Assembly: GCA_000934665.2 (NCBI GenBank)
Contig: KZ538998.1
Location: 1-37,229 of the forward strand
Origin: Catajapyx aquilonaris
Lineage: Eukaryota
Direction of reading: 5' to 3'
Length of the DNA: 37,229 nucleotides
Of this stretch, positions 1 to 12,165 are shown piece by piece. The first letter of the stretch is position 1. Every line of letters begins with the position of its first letter. The position numbers were made by a program, and so were the translations under genes. The notes under the pieces were generated by a model. That model saw nothing but the letters and a program-made list of their open reading frames with translations. It was not told the origin of the DNA and searched no databases.

Positions 1-1985
1 CCAGATAATCTTAATGGAAACTTTTTATCACATCCTGTGTATAACCCCACCACTCCATTTTTTGGGGGTGTCCCAATATTTTCAGATCAGAGCAAGTCTT
101 TGTAGTGCATAAATCGAATAGTGTAGGCTTCTAAAATATGCAGATTTATTCCAAAATACTTCTTTTTATTACCGACCTAAGTCATTGCATCGAGTCCAGA
201 AGAGTTTGAAAATCTTGAGAACCTCTACAGCAACGACGGAAGAGCCATTTATCACACAACATACTGGCTTTATTCGCATCACGTGGCCCAGAAGGTCTTC
301 ATCAATAGGCAAATGCTTAAAGAGAAGTTCAGTGCCAAAAATTGCTATCTCAAACAGTCATTGCATCCTTTGCTCATTAATGCGGCTTCATTTGTACAAG
401 TCCTCAAGTGTACTGTACTATCATCAATATCATAACCAGCTTTCCAAACTGTCACAAAATATTTCTCGCAGAAGAACTGGAAAATGTAGACAGCACTCAA
501 ATTTCAGTTTGTTTTGGAGAGCCTCAACTTTCGCTTGGCCATTACGGCAATATCAATGAAAAGTCAATGCCGAGGAGAAATGTTTTTGTTATTTCCCCTC
601 AATGACTCAAGAACACTACCATCACGGAACAAAAATATACGCTACATCCGTACAGTACATAGGCGTTCTATAACTGCACGCAGCTGATACTAAAAGAACT
701 AAGTACTTATTATATGCCAACCTTGGTCCTATCCTTAAAACACGTACCATTTTAATCACTTGTACCGATAGTACCTTCAGGTAATATGCAAGTCAGCTAA
801 TACTCACAGTATGTCACTTTAGACCACGTGGAAGCCCAAGTAACAAGTGAGAACAATAAGCTTAGCCCAAAATTATATGTATCATATTATCAAGGCACCT
901 TGCTCAGACCTTAGCAGATGCCACCTTCAATATTAATCCACAGTCAATGCATCTGGATTCACCAGGTGTTCTCCTGATAACATGTGTGATAAGTTTCCTA
1001 AGTGCAAACAACCAACTTATAAGCTCAATCTCACTTTTATGCCTTTCCGAGCTTCGCTAGGATACGGGACATCCAGAAACTAACGTGGCTATTTATGTGT
1101 GACACATTGATAACACACTTTCCACCGAGCTTTTCACAATGAAATGGGGGTCTTGAGTACTACACTGTTTATTCAGCTATTCTCGTTATTGCACCGAATC
1201 TTCAATATGAATGGCAGCAATATACATATCGCTCTCTCATCTGTGCTTACTTGACGTTACCCTGGAATACATGAATAAAGCAAGGCAATACCAGTATTTC
1301 TAGCCTACGCTGGCATTGTTTATTTTTCGTTTAATACATGGACTAGTTCCCCCCGCCCCCATTATATGATTGTTCTCGATGCAGATTCCAGACCTTTGTT
1401 TTCCTCACTCGAGCCTTATTGTGCCTGCGTGTACCACATTTTTGTGCTTGGCTGCATCCCTACAAAACTTTGGCCTGAAAAAACATCTAGGATTTTCATA
1501 GTAACTTGGGTCATCCAAGAGTCCATGGTTGGAAATGACAAAAATCCGTGATATGTGGAGCGGTTGAAGACCTTTTTTTAGAATCCTATAGAACTCCCCG
1601 TTTGGATCAAGCTTGAGTAATGCGGTATAGAGCACGTCAGCACACGACCGGAAGCATGATTTGGAGGATGCCACTATCAAACGGATGCAGCTTGCCCAAA
1701 AACGGCGCTGTCCATTTGTCAACGGGGATGAGGAGGGTGGGGGTTGCATACCTTGGATTAGATTTTTTTACAGGGAGGTGGCAGCCGGGTTATCGCCATC
1801 AGCAAGCCACGTAAACCACGCATGCTCGTGCGGAAATGGACCAGACGCGGTACCAACTGGGCCTACCAGAATTCTCAGAATCATTCAGGTTTGAGGATGC
1901 CACCAGATGAATGGGTGTATTCTACATGATTCAAGTTCGAAGTTATGCGTAAAAACTGCCATTAGGGCTGCCCGGGTTCAAATAA

Positions 1986-1987
<2 letters not shown>

Positions 1988-2056
<69 letters not shown>
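1988..2056. repeat. (AAT)n microsatellite
   Basis: Pure AAT run read directly; source of the poly-Ile ORF 1907..2095. Confidence 0.97.
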
Positions 2057-4523
2057 GACAACATAACGCATGACAATAGTTACAAACTACAGTAGGTTGT
2101 AAGGGGCCTGTTAAGGACACGCTTGTAGCATGACACATACGAATGACGTCAAATTGACAGAGTCGTGAATGGCCAACCCTCGATGATGAACTGGGAGTGC
2201 AATAAAGGCATCTAATTTCTTCTGATAAAAAGACCCTCCTAAAGTACTAATAATACCCTACAATCTCTCCCTTTTATCTGGGTAGGGGGATTTTCTTTCA
2301 GGAAAAGACCTTTGCCCAGGTCGACCCCTCAGGCAACAAATGCCGGCCTGCAAATTGTAGCCTGTGGGATCCCATGTGTAAAAAATAAAAAATAAAAAAC
2401 ATCTTTCCTATCAGCAAGTGTGTCCGATCCCTTTCCTCGCGCACACAGGCACACTGTACCGTGTAAGACACCCCTGGAGACATGAACTTTTAGCTTTGTA
2501 AGGACTTTTTAAACACCCCCCACCCCTCCCCCCAGGGTCAAGCGTTATGGGAAAAAGGACTGAGTGTTGATGAATAACGGAAGAAAACCGTTCATTTGCA
2601 ATAAATGGCCTCAGAGGTAGTTAGCTCTCCACATCCTTCCTGGGATACGCCCATGAAGTGTGACTCCGCACACGATTCACCTTTTGAATACTCCCCTTTT
2701 TATTTCGGGACCTCGGTACATTTCATTACCTACTTAACAGGGCTTGCACCTGTATGTATAGTAGTCACATAAGCAGACGTTTAAAAACTCTTCAGTGGAC
2801 TTGACGTAAAAATGTGGCCGACTAAACTAACCCAAAAATCGAGGAGCAACCGCGCATTTCTTAGTTTCAGTGTGAAACGTGACATATTCCTATACACGAG
2901 TTCCAATTAGGCTTCCTACAGATGTTTGCACCATTTTAAAAATCAAGAAAATCAAACGTGCGCGCATTGCCTTGCACGAATACTTTAATTACTGTGACTA
3001 GTACTTGGCAAAATGTCATATACAGCAGATTTGGTTGCCAACCTCCCCTCCGGCACATTCCTCCATGGACTTACCTCCCATTACAAACGCCAAACAAACT
3101 TTCATCCTTGAACCCCTAAGGATTTTACTGAATAAACATATCCCACTGAGACAAAAGCTGTGGACGAAAACTACACCCCATTTCAGTGCTGTGTTCAGGT
3201 TTCACGACTTTGCTGACAGATATAACATGCTGAGTTTCCTCGTATATGCTGAAATGAGGTTAAGCCACTGGACACAATGCATATTGTACCCCAGCTATCA
3301 CGAGAAAATTGACAATGCACTAATCAAAAAAGTAGGTTGAAATGCAAAATTATCAGAAACCCGGCACGCATAAAGATGCGACAGCTTTTACCTGTTAGCA
3401 CCCTGGATCACCCCTTTATACTTTCTGACACTCAAGTGTTACTCCTGCATATTTTGTTCCGATATTCATCGGCCGTGTTTCCCCCCTCAGGTTACTTCTT
3501 AACAAACACAACTTCTCAACTAACGGCGTAAACAGAATCGTATCTCCAGTGATGGGTCATTAAGTAGTATGCCCCAACACAACATGCCAGTTTCAAAAAC
3601 AAAGAAAATGACTTCCTCACCGCGCCATCGTTATCGCTTTCACTTCCTATTTGGAAACTCGGAAAAATTTGGCCTCCAGCACAAGTTTCGATCATCATTT
3701 ACCTACCTCCCTGGCCTCTGCCCTCAGGATCTAGCAAACGTGGACAATGCAACTCATACGGTATTTTCGCACGACACTGGCATCCTGTCAACCCTACTCA
3801 AATCTACCTATACTCAAGTGCAAAGTTGTCACCCTATCGCGCTCATACCAAACCAGAGACAACCGGGAACCGCTAAATATGACAGTCTTCATGAATGAGG
3901 GGCTCTACAGTCCCATTAACCCGACAATAAACGCCAAATCCCGCTGCTAACTTCCACGATTACAAATCGCAAAACCTGACACCGGTGCACCTGACGTCCA
4001 TGCAGTACTCACCCACAGTAAAGGACACTTTCTACGGTGGTTTCCTACAGCGGGGTCTGCCTGGTGGCTGGGTCGCTAGTGGCTTGTTGTCAGCTCGACG
4101 CCAGTGTCCCCAATGCCACCCAAAGCAGTGCCTCTTTCTACCCAACCTCTATTCTGCCACAAGCCCCGCCTATACAAACACCCTCATTCTTTCCCATATC
4201 ACACCAGCTAACACCTCCCTCCCATCTCCCCCCACACCCACCTCCGCCCCAGGCCCACCGCCCCCGACACATACTGCCATCCGCCCGTGAAGTTTTCACA
4301 CGTCCAAATGGCACGTTTTGCCCAGACACTGAAATTGTAGACACCTCATAGCCTTACTTCCTGTGATATACTTCGAGTTCAATTTCTGAGAGGTCAGATG
4401 CAGTTTCTGGGCAAGGAAGTGCGCCACACAATATCAAGACATTATCGCAAGTCAAGGTGCCCCTCTGCTGGCAAGCACCACACCAGCCCTTATAGCAATT
4501 TGATTTCACCCATGACAGTCCCC

Positions 4524-4524
<1 letters not shown>

Positions 4525-4595
<71 letters not shown>
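4525..4595. repeat. (AAT)n microsatellite
   Basis: Pure AAT run read directly. Confidence 0.97.
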
Positions 4596-5546
4596 GTTTC
4601 AGTTTCATGAAAAACGCTGCACGGTGTGAAAGGGCATGGCTGATAACAAAACACGGCTGTACCTCAAAAGACCGTACGTAATTGTCAACTGCCACAATCG
4701 CATTCGGGATCAAACCCATGGCCGTGAAAGTGAGCCATTTCCCCTACGCATGCCTCACTCGTGGCCATCATCCTTCCATTGCATCCTGTACTCTCGAGCA
4801 CATTCATATGCGTTGTCTGAAATGAGCCCTCCAGAAAGATCTCATTTAATTGACTATCACATATCCGCACATGTAAGCACATACACCCACGAGCATATGA
4901 TGTGACCCTAGCTAACCCAATCTCGTAATACGATTACCAGCGGGGGCAAGCACAATAACCACCGGATAACCTATCAAATATGGGGGAGTTTCATTGCAGC
5001 ATGACTAACCACTTCTTCAGTTCATGTGCTCTCCAATTTGCAGCAGATAAGCCCCCCCNNCAAAAAAAAAAAACAAAAACAAAAAAACCAACCGACAATT
5101 AAAACAATCGCACCCCCCTGCCGCTTTGTAACTCCAAACTCGTAATCAACTTCCACTATTGAAGCCCCCTGGAATTCTGAGTAGCCTACTATTTCACAGT
5201 ATACCCTGTTTAAAAAACGGAGGGGTTTGTAGAACATATAAATAATTGTCGATTTGAAAAGTGAAGAGGTCTCCGGATGTCCACCTCGCATTGTTTTCCA
5301 CCCCAACAGCTCGTGAAGCTTCATTATGGTGCAAATGATGATCCATCCACACGCAATATGTGGCTCTCGACACACATCCGGTAGATTGTGGCATAATGGC
5401 CACACCCCCCACTCCCCCACCACCCCTGACCCTGTCCCCCTATGCTGGATGTAAAACCTTGCATCTGGCAACTCCAAACGGGGAGTTTTGCATCGCAACT
5501 GGGTGCCCACCCCATATTAAACCTGAGATAAAAATTTTCTAATAAA

Positions 5547-5723
5547 NNNNNNNNNNNNNNNNNNNNNNNNNNNNNNNNNNNNNNNNNNNNNNNNNNNNNN
5601 NNNNNNNNNNNNNNNNNNNNNNNNNNNNNNNNNNNNNNNNNNNNNNNNNNNNNNNNNNNNNNNNNNNNNNNNNNNNNNNNNNNNNNNNNNNNNNNNNNNN
5701 NNNNNNNNNNNNNNNNNNNNNNN
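5547..5723. other. Assembly gap (177 N)
   Basis: Run of N followed by a poly-G tract. Confidence 0.99.
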
Positions 5724-8508
5724 GGGGGGGGGGGGGAAATCATGTTATAACGGCTGGCTTGACTCCACGTATGGCACGCCCAGGCTTCTATGTCAAAGTT
5801 TTCAGTTACTTACGAGTTTCTTAACCCCATTAGTGTCACTTTCCAAATGGCTTAATTTTGAACCATGGCCTCGATTTGAACATGGCTGGTCACAAAGCTG
5901 GACTCTACAGTCGGCAATTAAATTTTATTTATTAATTTGCGCAACCTTTACTGCTTCATTTCTGAAAATAAAAAGGGTATGGTGTGTGGTAGAGTACTGT
6001 AACTGTAGCGAGGCCGGAAGTCAATAAGTCTACCTAGCACGTTTCCCCCCGAGAATGGTGTGCCATTAGATGACACGGGGTGTTCTCAGGGACACTCACA
6101 AGTCAACAATAGGTTATGTTCTAACGAGAGGTTACTTGATGCACAAGGAACTTGAAAAATCGGTAGAAAGACTGCACTTGTGCGAAGGTAGTGCTTGAAG
6201 ACAGCCTTCTCGTTAGGCTGCATCTGCGGGTGTAAATTGCGCTCATAGAGTGACAATGAGTCGTGTGTGCATGTGTACGGAAAATATGACACATTTAAGT
6301 CGGTTTGATAAGCTAGCAATCAAACAATTAATCTTTTCCGCGTAAGGTGCGATAAGGGAAGTTGACACAACGCAACGTTTCGAGACATTTGAAGAATTCC
6401 CCAACTCCTCACACCCTAGTAATGTGACGTCAAACACGATGTATGCGGTGTATAGTATAGAAAGCCTATAGTAGTCTAATAATGGTACCAGCTCCTGATG
6501 GTACCCTCAGCAGCACTAGGAAATCTAAAATTTCGCATACTAATTTCCATTATGACCCTACATAATAATATTCTCAAGTGCTGCTTACAACTCGGCCAGA
6601 AATTTTTGACATACATGATCGTAGTTACCACATGTATCTGCAATTTGGGAATCGCAAGGGACAGTGGTATGCGTGAATGTGTGCACATAATAACAAGTTT
6701 TACTATAGTCGAGTAACATCCCAGGAAACAATCAGTAATATGCTCTGAATTGATATAAAAGGCTTAAACTTTGTAAAATTCGCAATCTCCTGCGAAATAA
6801 AACCACATGGGAAAATTTTATGTTGTGGAGAGGTATGCAAAATGCATAATCCAACATAATCGGATATTTTCTTCTAAATTGGTGATCATACCACGGACCT
6901 AAATGGCGTGAAAAATGGCATTCCTGCATCACTGGGCGAAAACAGATCGCACACATCGTACAGAAGGTTTGTACACTGCACTGGTGTAATCAACTGCGAC
7001 ATGCTCGGTGGACCAGGAATTAATTGCTATCAGATTACACGATAGTGGCACCCTTATACCCGTAGCAGTCCCAACCATTCACAAAGGCCACCGACACATC
7101 CCCAATTTTCTTATCATGTCGTTGCTATCTGTCCTAAGATTATGCAGCAGTCTCCTTTTATACTGCCGAGCCAATGTCATATACCGGAAGCTACGCCAAA
7201 GAAGGATCCCTACAAAATCAGCAATGAAAACATTGAGGCCAAGATATTTATTCACTATTAGTATCTCGGCTCCTCTAATTACGTAACAAACTCATGTTCG
7301 CTCTTGTATGCTTTTCAGATCCGAATCCCCTGTTAAAAGAGCAAGTAGACTCTTTAAAATTGCAAACTTCACTTGAAAGATCCGTTTTTCAAACGCGCCC
7401 ACAAATTACAAAGTTAAATTCCTTCAAAAACCGCAGTACCACACTTCCTGCACACAGAAACAAAAATAGGGAAAATGAGGTGTGTTCATGGAGCTGGGTT
7501 CATCACAAAAGCATGTTCCAGCAAATGAAATACACCAAACAAATCCGTCCTTTCTTGGAACATACAGAACCTACTTCAGCAACGGTTCCAACGTTATGAA
7601 ATCAGCGCCCCGTCCCACAGGTCATTGTTTTATGCACGACGGTGTTTCTTTTCTCTCTCCTCTCTCCTCCCCCTCCCACCCCCTCCAGCTCCCTCTGGGA
7701 ATCAGGGGAGGGTTAGTGGCTTACATCGAGTAGGCATAAATGCATACTACTTGTACGGGGTATATCCTTATGGCTCACTTTGTAGACTCCCATATAAACA
7801 GGCTAATCAAAGGATTCACTATAGGCTATAGCCAGCAAGATATCCAGCTAACTATGTACTATCTCGAGCATTAAATTAAGCAACCGGGCGATGATATGAA
7901 GAATCCTTACCAGCATCGACGGCTACATTACGTCTTATGTCTCATGGGATTTTGTCTCACTCAAAATTGAAGGTTTTGGCTGATGTACAGTACAACGTGA
8001 CTTGCAATCAATCTCCGTCTCTGCCATTATAAGTGGGATAATTAATTTATTACCTCACTAAAATGAATAAATAAAAGCGACGCACCTTTCTATTCCATAG
8101 GTTCTTCACCTATCGCTATAGAGTAGGGTCTACTGTTGTAGTACATTAAAAATAAAACAGAAGTACTGTACATGCAACTGCATATTTCCCAAGTCCATCA
8201 ACAAAGTACCTCATCAGTGTCCACCATTAATCTCTTTACATTTCGGATCAATTCTAATGCACTACTTAGGTAAAACTCCTGCCTTCCAACCCTTAAGCAT
8301 AATCATCAAGACCTTTTCCAGTTGAATTAGCATTAACTTCGTACATTAAGTAACTCGGTACCAGCACAACACGTCTGTCCTGTCACACATACTTTTACAA
8401 ATTCCTGTGCAATCTCCGTGAAAAAATTGATAAAGCTACTAAACTGCACTTTGGGTCACACGTTTACATGTCGCTAGGCTACAGCATCCGAGCATCTTGC
8501 GCATTCAC

Positions 8509-8767
8509 CTAAACTCAATCCACCAGCCGGCGTATTGCTAGGCCGCCGTCCTGACCTATACCGGGAACTCTGTCGTAAAATCAACACTGGACCCTACCAT
8601 ACGATACATTTGTTATATGCCATTTCTTTCCGAGTGGATTTCCGGAACTCGAATAGTGGATATCGACACGTGCCACTGCATCAACTCCATATGATAAATC
8701 CGATTTCCTCTCGCTGCCGGACGAGGATCCGGGACGTGATCAATCCGCGAAGATCCGGCATGATGCC
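8509..8767 (-). other. Candidate non-coding (5'UTR or lncRNA) exon
   Basis: Minus strand: pyrimidine-rich acceptor ctctcttttgtaatcAG| and donor AG|GTGAAT. Interior is CpG-rich with stops in all three frames. Inference only. Confidence 0.3.
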
Positions 8768-9682
8768 CTGATTACAAAAGAGAGATAGGCTCCTGTCACG
8801 CATATTTTTGACAACCTAACAGAATTTATGAATAACATGAGAAAAGGCACAATAGTATAGGTCAGTCCAGGTGTTAGTCATGTTCTGAAGTAGATAATAA
8901 TTTACAATTTACACTCACCACCATTTATATTCAAGATAAAATATCCGACACAGTCTTGTGTGACCGCCCAGCAGTTATCAGAAAGCCAATCGTTAATCAA
9001 CTGAGCATTGTTTGTATTGTTTTAATCAGTGCCAGCAAAAGGCTCCACTTTTCATATTGAGATCTCATGGTGGTAACTCTCGATCTCGAATAATGAACAG
9101 ACAGGGTGATGCCTTGAAATAGCCCAAGATCATAATCTACATCAGTGTTTGCTGGCCGGCATTAGTAGGCTGTAACGTACGGCAGTAATTATGTTCCCGT
9201 GACATCCCCAAAGTGACTAAGCCCTTATGCACTCAGACATCACCTATATGATGGTCCAACCAGCAGGATAATCCCTAACATCCACCCGGGAACTTCACCA
9301 AATCTCATGTGTCGCCAACGTCGTAATGGCGCCTCTCACTCTAATTATTCCTAGCATTTTGAGCTTATAGAATAGGCAAACAAGTGTCGTCCTACTTAGC
9401 CATAATGAAGGGGTTACTGATAGCCCCGCATAAAGACCATTGACTCCGTTAATAAAACACTGCTGTGCAACTGTATTATGCAGCATTTCTGATTTGCGTG
9501 AAAAGTTGCTGTATGTTGCATGTTACTGCAGGGAATTTTTGTAGTCTAATAGCTACTGTGGAAAAAAAAGTTGATGATCTTGACCTGACCGCTTTTCTCT
9601 CTCTCTGGCTTGAATCTGCGTAAATCCAAGTTATCGCCCCACGTTTCGACTGTCCCCTCTCTCTTACGGCCAAGGCTGAAGC

Positions 9683-9983
9683 TTCCAAGAAAAACCAATA
9701 ATTCTCGGAAAGTGTACGATAAAGAAACAGCTCAGGAAGGCGTTCCCACTGCTCATTTCCGGGAAGTCACCTTCCGTCCTTATGTAAATGCGCCCCCCCC
9801 CCCCCCCNCCCGAAAAAGTGAGGTCAAAGGTAAAATTTTCCCTTCATTATTCCAGACTCGCAGGCTGGAAAGCGTGGCAAGAATGACAGCAACGTCCATT
9901 CTAGTATACCAACTCATCGACAATTTCCGTCTAGAAACTAATTAATATTGTGGATTACAAACGCGCTATGTCAACCGGAAGTG
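9683..9983. promoter_or_regulatory. Candidate promoter/enhancer with clustered STAT-type and ETS motifs
   Basis: TTCCAAGAA 9683-9691, TTCTCGGAA 9702-9710 and TTCCGGGAA 9757-9765 (all TTCN3GAA); CCGGAAGTG 9975-9983 (ETS); TTCCCAC 9743-9749 (CSL/Su(H)-like). Lies in a TE-poor island. Confidence 0.4.
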
Positions 9984-10507
9984 TTCCACCCTAATCTAAA
10001 CAACACTTTGTTTCAACATATGACGGCATATTTCGCCACTCGTCATGTAGTGTAAGGTATATATTTACCGTTCATGTAATTGAAAACAAAAGAAAGGTGC
10101 AACACAACAGAGCACCTCAGATGTTGACATCTTCGTGAATCGTCAAATGGCAAGTCTTAGGATTTCCTACTGTTAAAGTTCCTTACTACATGTAGCACTT
10201 CAATTAATTCCTTTCGGATCATGCAGTAATGTGATTATTGTACTAGTGTCAGGCTCGAATCTAACTTATTGTAATTCTAAACAAGGTTGTCAAACTATGC
10301 ACGCAATTTCAAAATCTACCCAGTTGTACATTCATACAGTAGAGTACATCCAATCAGTATAGGCTGTCAAAGCTGTGATGTTACACTGCCCATGGTGTTT
10401 CTTAAATGAATGCATTCCTTGAAATTGCAGGTCAAGGCACCGTTCTGTACAGGGTGGTCAGGAATTCCCGGAATCGCTCCAAGCAAAGCGATCCCTTCGT
10501 CTATATA

Positions 10508-10668
10508 CAGCGGTACCCAACCTGGGGGTCGCGAAGCCTTTTCCGGGGGGTCGCGCGTGGCCGCAGTAATTGTTATAAATTTAAAAATTACTAAAAAAAT
10601 TGTAGGCAATTTCATCGATTGACGATCATAAAAGGGGGTCACGACTCGGAAAAGGTAGGGAACCACTG
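10508..10668. mobile_element. hAT (Charlie/Buster-type) MITE
   Basis: Ends CAGCGGTACCCAACCT ... AGGTAGGGAACCACTG; internal GGGGGTCGCG motifs; flanks gtctatat(a)/gtctatac approximate an 8-bp TSD. Confidence 0.85.
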
Positions 10669-10870
10669 GTCTATACCATACTCGACACCATTTTTGGCAT
10701 CAAAACTTATTTCAATTAAGTTCTGATTCTGTTATACACTGCACGAGTGCACGTATATCATTGGCAGTGTACGGAATATCCTGCAGGGCAAGTAACCCGT
10801 CAAGCAGAGAGGCTAGACGTGTAGGCTAGTATGCTATACAAAATATTCCCCCTGTATTACAGCTGTTATA

Positions 10871-11027
10871 CTATCGGGTTCAAATACTTTTGGCCACTTT
10901 ATCCTGGTTTTGAAGCAACCCTTCCCCCCCACCCCCCCACACACACACACACCTCCTTAACGGGGGTCTGTGCGACGAGTCGCTTCAAGACCAGGATAAA
11001 GTGGCCAAAAGTATTTGAACCCGATTG
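10871..11027. mobile_element. Short MITE with ~44-bp TIRs (Tc1-like)
   Basis: ATCGGGTTCAAATACTTTTGGCCACTTTATCCTGGTTTTGAAGC (10873-10916) is the near-perfect reverse complement of 10982-11025. Confidence 0.75.
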
Positions 11028-11479
11028 TCAAAATACTGTAATCCAAGCTGCCACCTCACGTCGTAATAACGTCGCGATGCCAAAAATGGTTTAGACTTCT
11101 AAAGTATTTTGGTGTTAGAATTATAGGCCAAGGAATAGCCCTCCATGAAGCAACACCGAATGTTACCGACCATCCTATACAGTGTAGACTGTAGAGCATG
11201 AATGTAAGAGTATAGCTGTTACTATTTGTAAAATATCCTGTCCGCCTTATTTGCAAGTGAAACGGAAGCGAAAAGAGTCTAGGCGATGGAGGTAATAGCT
11301 GGTAAAAAACAACAACTTGGCGGTGAAGTTCTCATCGCCTAGATTCTAGGTGGTTGGGGCCGAAGGGGTTAAATATGGATAGTCAAACTACAGTATCACA
11401 ATGTATCAATGACTTTAAAACTGGCATGTCATTTTATTTCTCCTTACTGTACATGAGACAGGTATTCTATACTCTGTAC

Positions 11480-12157
11480 CAGTGGTTCTCAAACTGTGCT
11501 ACGCTGAGCCCTTGGGGCTCCGCGAAAGCTTTGAGAATAACATGACACTTTTGCGGGGGGGGAGGAGGAACAAACAAAAAACAAAAAACAGAAAAACCAC
11601 TTGTCCACCTGGCCTTGAACACAACAGCGTCTAAATTTTAAATTTACTGGACGAATTTTTCGCCGCAAAGTGGCATTTCATGGAACAACTGCTTCAATGT
11701 AATGTTAGGCTCCGGAAACCCCGAAAACCGCCATGAGTGAAAAAAAACGAACATTTCACGGAATGCTCGTTTTCGAACGAGCAGACCCCGAAATGCTCCT
11801 TTTTAAAAGACCAGAACGCTTTTCTGGACTACACAAAAATGTCAGGACGCGAAATTAGTGTCGTGGCTGGTTCATAATGAGGGAGAATGAAGGAGACGGG
11901 GATGGACTCTTGTCAGTTACATTCACCTAAGCCCAAAAGTTTTTCGCATGCGGCGGGCTTGTTTACCCTCTCCTCATCCCTCTTCCCCGTCGCCCCGGGT
12001 GCCTAATCTTCTTGCTACGCCCCTGCGATGTAGACCCTAACAGAGTAACAGTTACTAAAGCCCACCTTGAAGGGTAGGGGGGGTGTCAGGGGCTCCGCTG
12101 TCTTTTTTAAAAAAAAATTTGAAGGGCTCCATGGGACGAAAAGTTTGGGAACTCCTT
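11480..12157. mobile_element. hAT (Charlie/Buster-type) non-autonomous element
   Basis: Left TIR CAGTGGTTCTCAAACT; degenerate right TIR AGTTTGGGAACTCCTT; 8-bp TSD ctctgtac/atctgtac; GGGCTCC subterminal motifs. Confidence 0.8.
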
Positions 12158-12165
12158 ATCTGTAC

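Noticed and set aside
5022..5743. ORFs 5022..5510 and 5324..5743
   Set aside because: They span N bases and homopolymers near the gap; no recognisable domain.
5822..11372. piggyBac-like ends TTAACCCC (5822) and GGGGTTAA (about 11365)
   Set aside because: The match is too short and there is no transposase between them.
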